The notes under the pieces were generated by a model. The model saw only the letters and a list, made by a program, of their open reading frames with translations. It was not told where the DNA came from and searched no databases. 64,000 bases of DNA, from the NCBI GenBank assembly GCA_051294375.1, contig CM119263.1, positions 5,664,035-5,728,034 of the forward strand, given 5' to 3'. How positions within the stretch are numbered: the first letter of the stretch is position 1; each line of letters starts with the position of its first letter. This document shows, piece by piece, positions 54,723-64,000 of this stretch. The position numbers were made by a program, and so were the translations under genes. This DNA comes from Paraspadella gotoi. Its lineage: Eukaryota; Animalia; Chaetognatha.

Positions 54723-55975
54723 CAACGACGAAACGACGACGATCAACGAAAGAGCGACAACGACGGAACCGACGTACGACGAAGGACGAACGAGCGAACG
54801 CGACGACGACACCGAGCGACGACGAACGACGACGAACGATTTCCAAACGACGACGCGACGACGAACGAGCGAACGACGACACGACGACGAAGCACGCGAC
54901 ACTAGACGCGAAGACGAACGACGACGAACGACGAGCGACGACGACGACGACGAACGACGCGAACTACGCGACGACAACACGAACCGGACACGACGACCGA
55001 GACGACGACGAACGAAACCGACGAAGACGCCGAACGACGACGGAAACGAGCGATCGACGAAGACGACGCAAGACGACGACGACGAACGACGAACGATGAA
55101 CAACGAAACGACGACGAACGACGACTGAACGACGACGACGAGCGAGAACGAGACGAGACGAGACGAACGACGACGACTGAAACCGACGACGACGAACGAC
55201 GAACGAGCGCACGACACCGACGAGAGAACGGACGACGAACGACGACGAACGACGACGAACGACGACGAGCGACACGACGCACGTAAACGACGCGACGAAC
55301 GACGAACGACGACGAACGACGAGCGGTCGGTAACACGCGTAACGAGCGACGCAGAACCGTAGACGACGACGCTGAGACGACGAACGACGACGAGAACGAC
55401 ACGAACGACGACGAACGAACGACGAAGCGACGAGACGACAGGCGACGACGACGACGAACGACGACTCAACGACACGACGACGACGAACGACGAACGGACG
55501 AACGAGGACACCAGAGAGCGACGAACGACGGACGAACGTACGACGACGATAGCGAGCGAACGAGAACACGACGACGAACGGAGACGACAGACGCGAGAAC
55601 GAGAGAGAACGACGACGACGACGAACCGACGACGGACGAACGACGACGACGAACGACTGACGACGAACGTACGATCAAGACGAGACGACGACGACGACGA
55701 CGAGACGCGAAACGACGGACGACGTGACGAAAACGACGAACGACGAACGACAACGACGAACGACGACGACACGACGACGACGACGCGACGACGGACGACG
55801 ACGCTGCGGACGCGACGACGAACGAACGACGTACGAACTACGACGAACGACGAACTTGTCAACGCACGACGATACACGACGACGAACGACACGATACGAC
55901 GACTGCTATACGCGCGAGAGAACACGAGACGACGAACGAACGACGACGAACGACGACACGCACGGAGACGACGGA
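54723..55975. repeat. ~1.25 kb degenerate (ACG)n / ACGACGAACG satellite
   Basis: Nearly T-free on the + strand and built from ACG and AACG units; a regular GACGACGAAC decamer x3-4 occurs at 55231-55270. Confidence 0.92.
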
Positions 55976-56673
55976 TGTTTCGATGGATGAATTTGTTTTT
56001 CATTGTCGCGGGCGTAGGCCGTGACGCGATGGAGCTAGAGGGCGAGGGGCCTCTTCCCTCTCCTGGGGGGATGATATAGGCTAGAACTCACGATGGGGGC
56101 GGGTTGGAAGGGGAAGTAGCGGTGGAGGTGTAGAAGATAGAAGGGCGCCGAAGGCGGGAGTGTGGATGGACCGCGGCAATTTGTGCATGGTAAACGACTG
56201 ATTTTTCGCCGCTCGCGTCGCAATTGGTATGGGGGAAACGAAAAGTTTTTGCTGCGGGGTTTTAATGGAGGGGAAGTGTCGCCTACCGGAGGTAGAAGAG
56301 GTGAGGGGTTATTAGGGGTGGCGTTAGAGGGGTGGGAAGGCGCGGGAAGAGTCAATCCAGGGTCGAAGCGTCAAAGTCAACGTCATTATTCTTTCTTTAA
56401 ACTGACAAATATAACAGAATGCCGATTAATCTTTTTGACTGAATATTCTTTTTTGTAATCGTTTTTAATTTTGAGTTTTCATCTTAAATAACTTTTCCAA
56501 AGAAAAACTTGTTTTACGAAGGAACCCAACGTTCGGAAGGAAATCCTAACTTGGGTTAAAAATAGAATTGAGTCGGCGACAGCGAAGAGTGATCGCGACG
56601 GCATGAGAATCATCACCTTTTCTCGCTGCACCAGGGCAGAACTTCTTGTGCTGCCTCACGCCTTTCAAAACAC

Positions 56674-56980
56674 GATCTCCACGCCAACGGAGGATTCATC
56701 TACGCGCCACCAAAACTTAAATATCCACGCCAACGGAGGTTCGATCTCCACGCCACCGGAACTTGAATCTCCAATGGAATTTTGCTTCTCTACACTGTAC
56801 TACCGGAAGTCAGTACCAGTCATTGGAAGTGCCATCTTAATCACAAAAGTACCATCTCAAACATCGGAAATGCCGACTCTGCCTCCGTATTAGCCATCCA
56901 AAATACCGGAAGTGCCATCACATTCACTGGAAGTGCGCATCTGACCACCGGAAGTGCGCATCTCAACCACCGGGATTCGC
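56674..56980. repeat. Degenerate 21-23-bp minisatellite with a CACCGGAAGTG (ETS-like) core
   Basis: ATCTCCACGCCA(A/C)CGGA units (~23 bp) are followed by ~21-bp units; perfect ACCGGAAGT at 56802, 56905 and 56947. Confidence 0.8.
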
Positions 56981-58553
56981 ACCTCGCTCAGTCGCGACGA
57001 AGGTTGGCGCCGGACGAGAAAAATAATTTTTTTTCTTTTTTGCCTTTGATATTTTTTGGCCATAAAGAATGTTCGCTTTCTCGCTTCTACTTTTCCTCAA
57101 CCTCTATCTGCTTTACGCCTCCTCCTGCCTCCTTCGCTCCCTGCATCCTCCTCACCACAACTTCACTCTTCCTCATTCCTTCCTCACTGATTCGTCTTCA
57201 CCACACACGTGCGGCTTGAGCGCGAGCGCAAATTGCGAAATTATTATGGGAACAGGCTTGAAACATAATCTGTATTATTGTATTAGATAATATTGTTTAT
57301 ATATATATTTCTTTTGCAAAAAGAATGTTCCGAACCTGAGTAATTCGCTAACTTATGTATATATTATAGTTGCTAGTATATAATAGTTAAAGAATTTTTT
57401 TTGATATTTTAAGTTATTGTTAAATTGATTCTGATAGAGCTTAAAAAGTTCATAGCAAAACATATATTATAACTTTTTAAATTTTTGATGTTTTATTACC
57501 TAAATAGAGTAAAAACACACTGACAAATCATCGGAATGATGATGGAGTGAATGGATATGATTGTTTAAGGCTTTTTCTCATTCTAGTAACGCCACTTGAT
57601 CATCAAAATATTGAAAAAATAGAATTAATACTTTGTGTTAAGGTAAAACTTTCATAAGCTATTTGAATCCCCGCTTTTAAAAATAAAAGATGTATGAATG
57701 TTTCATTGGAAAGGGTCCAAAATCAAACTTCCTGATCCACCCCATTGACGAAGTTTGACCTCTACGCAAAGGACGAGAAACGTGAGATTCTCAGCCTCGA
57801 TATCTTTTTTTGCTTTTCTTTTCTTTTCTTTTCTTTTCTTTTCTTTTCTTTTATTTTCTTTTCTTTTCTCTTCTTTTCTCTTCTTTTCTTTTTTCCCCTT
57901 TTTTTCTTTTCTTTTTATTTATTTTCTTTTATTTGAATGATTCCAACCCTGTTTCAACTTTTTCCTCTTTCACCTCAGTACCTCCTTCGTTTCGCTTCTC
58001 TGCATTTCTTTCTTTCCTTTCCTCTCTTTTTTCCTATCTTTTCCTCTTCTCTCTCTCTCTCTCCCGCACCATAATTTTACAAGTGAACCGTGGAGGCAGC
58101 CTGGGGATTCATCATTATCTCTGGGGAAGAATGTCAACTGAAGGCGGGCGGATCTGCGGCTCTGCCGCTGCGGGACCGCAGCCTCACTACGGGAAGGAAT
58201 GGGAGTAGAAAGGACATCCCGGTGATTCTTATCGATGAAAGGAAGTGGAAGAGAGAAGGAAAACGAAGTAGAAAGAGTAGAATAGAGAAGAGGGAAAGAA
58301 AGAGAGAGANNNNNNNNNNNNNNNNNNNNNNNNNNNNNNNNNNNNNNNNNNNNNNNNNNNNNNNNNNNNNNNNNNNNNNNNNNNNNNNNNNNNNNNNNNN
58401 NNNNNNNNNCCTCCCTCCTCTCCTCTCTCCTCCCTCTCTTCCTCCCACGAGAGAATTCTTCCTCCGGGAGACGAAAACTCCCGTGATTGTAGGCGGCCTT
58501 CGCCGTCGACCCCCTGGGAGGACTTGACGAGAGAGAGAGAGAGAGAGAGGAGA

Positions 58554-58599
<46 letters not shown>

Positions 58600-59078
58600 C
58601 CCCGGGAGACGCGAGAGAATTCACGCTCGCTTCTCGCTTTTCACAAATAGTTTATGAAGTCTTCTCGTGATGAATGACGTGGAAAGGAAAATATCGGGAA
58701 GAAAAGGAGGAAAAGGGAGAAAAGGGAGTAAAGGGAGGAAAGGAAAGGAGGAAAGGAGAAGGATGAATGGAAGGGAAGAGAAAAAGGGAGGAAAGGGAGG
58801 AAAAGAAGGGAGGAAATGGAGAAAAAGAAGGGAGGAAAGGGAAGTAAAAGGAGGAAAGGAGAAAAAAAAGAGGATTGACAGGGAGGGAAGATTGAAAGAA
58901 AAAAATGAGAGGAAAGAAAAGAAAAAGAGGAACTAAGTAAAGAAGAGACGAAGCAAATAAACCTGAGAGAAAAAAAGTGAAAAAAATTATTCTTAACTTT
59001 TTTTTAAGTTAAAGACGAAGAGAAAAAGTGACATAGTTTCATGCGGAAAATATCTTTTTCTTGGGTTGAGTGGGAAGA

Positions 59079-59123
<45 letters not shown>

Positions 59124-60534
59124 TGTCGTTGTTGTCGTCTCAGTAGTTGTCTATGTCTTCTTCATCGTCGTTGTCGTCCTCGTCGTCGTCTCTTTCATAT
59201 TTTTCCCTAACGAAGAAAAATCGTCTCTTTTTGTTTAAAAAAAAAGTTTAAATTTGAGAAAAAAAAACCAAAAAAAGGAAAATTATTCTTTTCCGTATCT
59301 ATTTAATTATTATTTCCATTGGCCGATATTATTGTTTATTATTCTTGTTTATTTGCTAATTTGCATTAAATGATTTTAATCCGAAAATAAACCAAAACAA
59401 ACTGATTTTGATTTGGATGGAATCGGGCAACGATGGAAACTAAATAGTGATGGCATCAGGAATAAAAAAGACGAAGATGATGATGACGACGACGACGAAG
59501 ATGACGACGACGACGACTACCATCAACATCAAAAACTTCCATCATAAAAAAAACCTCAGACCGACAAAAAAACAGGTGACAAACACCTTAGAGAGANNNN
59601 NNNNNNNNNNNNNNNNNNNNNNNNNNNNNNNNNNNNNNNNNNNNNNNNNNNNNNNNNNNNNNNNNNNNNNNNNNNNNNNNNNNNNNNNNNNNNNNNNNNN
59701 NNNNNNNNNNNNNNNNNNNNNNNNNNNNNNNNNNNNNNNNNNNNNNNNNNNNNNNNNNNNNNNNNNNNNNNNNNNNNNNNNNNNNNNNNNNNNNNNNNNN
59801 NNNNNNNNNNNNNNNNNNNNNNNNNNNNNNNNNNNNNNNNNNNNNNNNNNNNNNNNNNNNNNNNNNNNNNNNNNNNNNNNNNNNNNNNNNNNNNNNNNNN
59901 NNNNNNNNNNNNNNNNNNNNNNNNNNNNNNNNNNNNNNNNNNNNNNNNNNNNNNNNNNNNNNNNNNNNNNNNNNNNNNNNNNNNNNNNNNNNNNNNNNNN
60001 NNNNNNNNNNNNNNNNNNNNNNNNNNNNNNNNNNNNNNNNNNNNNNNNNNNNNNNNNNNNNNNNNNNNNNNNNNNNNNNNNNNNNNNNNNNNNNNNNNNN
60101 NNNNNNNNNNNNNNNNNNNNNNNNNNNNNNNNNNNNNNNNNNNNNNNNNNNNNNNNNNNNNNNNNNNNNNNNNNNNNNNNNNNNNNNNNNNNNNNNNNNN
60201 NNNNNNNNNNNNNNNNNNNNNNNNNNNNNNNNNNNNNNNNNNNNNNNNNNNNNNNNNNNNNNNNNNNNNNNNNNNNNNNNNNNNNNNNNNNNNNNNNNNN
60301 NNNNNNNNNNNNNNNNNNNNNNNNNNNNNNNNNNNNNNNNNNNNNNNNNNNNNNNNNNNNNNNNNNNNNNNNNNNNNNNNNNNNNNNNNNNNNNNNNNNN
60401 NNNNNNNNNNNNNNNNNNNNNNNNNNNNNNNNNNNNNNNNNNNNNNNNNNNNNNNNNNNNNNNNNNNNNNNNNNNNNNNNNNNNNNNNNNNNNNNNNNNN
60501 NNNNNNNNNNNNNNNNNTAAGAGAGGCCAATAAT

Positions 60535-60895
60535 TTTCTTTCCTCCACTTTCTTCTTCCTTTTTCTTTTCTCTCTCTTTCTATTCATTCTTCAACTTTCT
60601 TTCTCCTTTTTCTTTTTCCTTACTTTTTCTTTCCTCCACTTCCTTCCTTCTTTTTCTTTTTTATTTCTTTTTTTCTTTCTTCCACTTTCTTCTTCCGTTT
60701 TCTTTTTTTTTTCCTTTCTTTCCTCCACTTCTTTCTTTTTCTTTTTTCTCTCTTTCTTTTCTTTCCTCCACTTTCTTCCTTCTTTTTCTTTTTTATTTCT
60801 TTTTTTCTTTCTTTCACTTTCTTCTTCCGTTTTCTTTTTTCTCTCTTTCTTTTCTTTCCTCCACTTCCTTCCTTCTTTTTCTTTTTTCTTTCTTT
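60535..60895. repeat. Pyrimidine-rich degenerate tandem repeat (TTTCCTCCACTT core)
   Basis: The core recurs about 6 times. Confidence 0.75.
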
Positions 60896-61446
60896 CATTT
60901 CATTTCATTTCATTTCATCGTCGTTGGGTTGAAAAACATTTTTGTCAAGGACAAAGAAAATTTAATGCTTGGCAGTTTTGCTTGTCTCGGGCCGAGTTTA
61001 AAGCTTGGCAGTTTCGAGATGAAAATGAGTAAAACGTCGCTTTAATGGTTGAGCGAATCCTTTCGACCNNNNNNNNNNNNNNNNNNNNNNNNNNNNNNNN
61101 NNNNNNNNNNNNNNNNNNNNNNNNNNNNNNNNNNNNNNNNNNNNNNNNNNNNNNNNNNNNNNNNNNNNNNNNNNNNNNNNNNNNNNNNNNNNNNNNNNNN
61201 NNNNNNNNNNNNNNNNNNNNNNNNNNNNNNNNNNNNNNNNNNNNNNNNNNNNNNNNNNNNNNNNNNNNNNNNNNNNNNNNNNNNNNNNNNNNNNNNNNNN
61301 NNNNNNNNNNNNNNNNNNNNNNNNAAACGCCAGAAAGATAAAGAAAAAGAGAAAATAATTTAAATTAATTTAAATGTACTTTGACAACTTTTAAAATTAA
61401 CAGACAATAATTGGCCCGAAAATATGGGCCATCAAAGAATAGTCAC

Positions 61447-61570
61447 CACCATTGATTGGCTATCACCTACAAGACACCGTTGATTGACCACACCATGGAT
61501 TTGCAATTATTGATTGGCCACCATTGTTTGGCCACCATTGTTTGGCCACCATTGATTGGCCACCATAGAT
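61447..61570. repeat. 15-bp minisatellite CCACCATTG(A/T)TTGGC
   Basis: About 4 clean copies at 61510-61570 plus degenerate upstream copies; some units contain an inverted CCAAT. Confidence 0.88.
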
Positions 61571-62151
61571 TCGTCATACACGAATGAGTTCGACGAAGAG
61601 TGAATTCGTTTGTTGTGGCGTAAAGAGAGGAAGAGGAGGAGGATGAGGATGAAGAGAAAGAAGGGGAGTAGGAAGAGGAAGAAGAGGAAGAGCAAGTCTA
61701 TCACGTGACCCAGCACACCATAGATTTTTTCCTCATGAACGATCACGGGCAATGGAAACGGAGAGAGGTTGAGAGANNNNNNNNNNNNNNNNNNNNNNNN
61801 NNNNNNNNNNNNNNNNNNNNNNNNNNNNNNNNNNNNNNNNNNNNNNNNNNNNNNNNNNNNNNNNNNNNNNNNNNNNNNNNNNNNNNNNNNNNNNNNNNNN
61901 NNNNNNNNNNNNNNNNNNNNNNNNNNNNNNNNNNNNNNNNNNNNNNNNNNNNNNNNNNNNNNNNNNNNNNNNNNNNNNNNNNNNNNNNNNNNNNNNNNNN
62001 NNNNNNNNNNNNNNNNNNNNNNNNNNNNNNNNNNNNNNNNNNNNNNNNNNNNNNNNNNNNNNNNNNNNNNNNNNNNNNNNNNNNNNNNNNNNNNNNNNNN
62101 NNNNNNNNNNNNNNNNNNNNNNNNNNNNNNNNNNNNNNNNNNNNNNNNNNN

Positions 62152-62183
<32 letters not shown>

Positions 62184-63235
62184 GAAAGAAATAAAATCTA
62201 AATTAATCAAATTCATGTATTCACGCAATAACAAATTTCTTTTGACTCAAGTAAAAATTAAATATTATTTTTTCTTCGTTTCACATTTGATTGAGTTAAT
62301 CAGAGAAGATGAAGACAAAATTAAGAAAAAAAAATCATTTTCATTTTTTTCTCTTTTTTTTCTTTTTCTGGTTGACGATGGAGGTGGAGGAGAAATTGTC
62401 TTCTCTACATTTATCGTCGTCGTCGTCGTCGTCGTAGTCGTCGTCGTCGTCGTCAGCAAACAAGAGTCAGCAATGGACACAATTTTTCAAAGCTTCAACA
62501 CTTAATCGCAAAGACTTTTCTCTTTTCCTCTTCCTTTTCTTTCCTTTTTCCTTTTTCCTTTTCTTTTTGATCATGTGGTCTTCTTTTTCTCCTTTCCTCC
62601 TTTCTCTACTTTTTTTCTCGTCTCTTTCTCTTTCCCTCTCTCTCTTCCTTCTTCCCTTTTATCCTCACCCAAGAGAGATTAATGGAGGACGTCTTATCAG
62701 CTCCGAAAATAATTTCTTTTTTATCCCAAAGACATCAATTTCCTCTCTCTCTCTCTCTCTCTCNNNNNNNNNNNNNNNNNNNNNNNNNNNNNNNNNNNNN
62801 NNNNNNNNNNNNNNNNNNNNNNNNNNNNNNNNNNNNNNNNNNNNNNNNNNNNNNNNNNNNNNNNNNNNNNNNNNNNNNNNNNNNNNNNNNNNNNNNNNNN
62901 NNNNNNNNNNNNNNNNNNNNNNNNNNNNNNNNNNNCTCTCTCCATTCTATTTCCTAGAATTTCTTTTATTTTCAATTTTCTTTCACTTCACAGATTTTAT
63001 TCTCACAAATGACTTAATGAAATTAAATTCTCTCTCTTCTCTTTCTTTTTAATCGTTTCCAAATTTCCATTCGCCGTCGGACGAGGTCCCGCCTCCGAAC
63101 CCAATGAGCTCATGGGGCGGGTTATTGCACCATGAGCAGACACAATGAAGGCTGAGTGAGCCAACCCACTGAGTAGCCCCGATGATAGCAGAACCATTGG
63201 GTTACCCGGTTAATAAGACATTAGGCTGACCCAAT

Positions 63236-63272
63236 AGTGAATCGGTCTAAAAAAGCAGGAGACCGATTCACT
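63236..63272. other. Perfect 13-bp inverted repeat (hairpin) with an 11-nt loop
   Basis: AGTGAATCGGTCT (63236-63248) pairs with AGACCGATTCACT (63260-63272). Confidence 0.85.
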
Positions 63273-63872
63273 TTTAAGTTTCGCGTCTCTTTATAGTTTT
63301 TACGTTTCACATGTAAAGATTTAAGTAAAAATTAGGAATATAATAGTGACTAGAGAGACTCATTTTTAGTGGCATCATGTTAAATTCAGTTTTATAACAT
63401 CTTTTGTTTAATCTCTCGAATTTTTATTATTATTAAAAAATCGAAAACTTAATTAAGCGACAATAAATTCTTACCCTATCCAGGGAGGAATTAAAGGAGG
63501 AAGGAGGAAGGAAGAAAAGAAAAAATAAAATAAGAAGACGAAGCGAAGCGAAAGGAAATAGACGAAGGAAAAAAGGAGGAAAGAAAAGAAACGAAAAGAG
63601 AAAAAGAAAAGACAATCGAAAAACAAAATATAAAAGAAGAAAAAAATAAGAATATTCGGTGAAACAGGGAAACCAACATCATAAGCAACAACAACAACGA
63701 CAACGACAGCAACAACAAAAACAACAACAGCAAAGCAGGTAACAACAACAACGACAACAAAAACGACGACAACAACAGCGATTCCCTATTCTGTTGGTGA
63801 TTCTTTTTTCGCACAGAAGAAGAAAAGCTGATTCGACGTCGAGATAAAAATTTGAAGCCGAACAGAAGTGAA

Positions 63873-63998
63873 TGATGGAGTTGTGGTGATGGAGTTGCGG
63901 TGATGGAATTGAGGTGATGGAGTTGAGGTGATGGAGTTGTGGTGATGGAGTTGTGGTGATGGAGTTGCGGTGATGGAGTTGTGGTGATGGAGTTGTGG
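63873..63998. repeat. 14-bp minisatellite TGATGGAGTTG(T/C/A)GG x9, running to window end
   Basis: Direct reading of the sequence. Confidence 0.95.
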
Positions 63999-64000
63999 CG

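Noticed and set aside
54717-56003. 428-aa ORF on the - strand and overlapping S/V/R-rich ORFs
   Set aside because: Translation of the (CGT)n-derived satellite. It is open only because the repeat lacks stop codons, and it has no domain.
59447-60587. Long ORFs of 357 and 343 aa, and all other X-rich ORFs
   Set aside because: They read through N gaps and contain no real coding sequence.
63236-63276. Hairpin plus T-run as a Rho-independent terminator
   Set aside because: Eukaryotic non-coding context with no upstream bacterial-type gene, a long loop and a short T-run.
63873-64000. G-rich repeat at the window end as a telomeric array
   Set aside because: The 14-bp unit does not match TTAGG or TTAGGG, and the window end is not evidence of a chromosome end.

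Overview
This is a eukaryotic draft-assembly scaffold, probably from an invertebrate animal (inferred from the abundant CpG, the (CGA)n/(GA)n microsatellites and the lack of operon-like coding density). It is almost entirely non-coding, microsatellite- and minisatellite-rich intronic or intergenic DNA with about 40 N-gaps (roughly 8 kb by my count). Essentially all ORFs in the supplied track are translations of simple repeats or N runs. No prokaryotic genes, rRNA, tRNA, CRISPR array or transposase could be supported. The best biological lead is a splice-site-bounded candidate exon at 15025-15161 (+) reading ...QKKVLRCQCTSARCQ, which resembles the start of a BMP/activin type-I-receptor or BAMBI ectodomain; a phase-compatible upstream candidate exon lies at 8418-8520. 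Several motif-dense regulatory-like islands are present (RFX X-boxes, NF-Y/E2F cluster, TCACGTGA E-boxes, an ETS-motif minisatellite). The largest structures, a ~3 kb inverted duplication (33441-36517 vs 37671-40333) and an indel-inflated tandem copy (2045-2504 vs 2530-3240), both abut gaps of about 25 N and are most likely long-read gap-filling artefacts. I found no convincing novel biological system.
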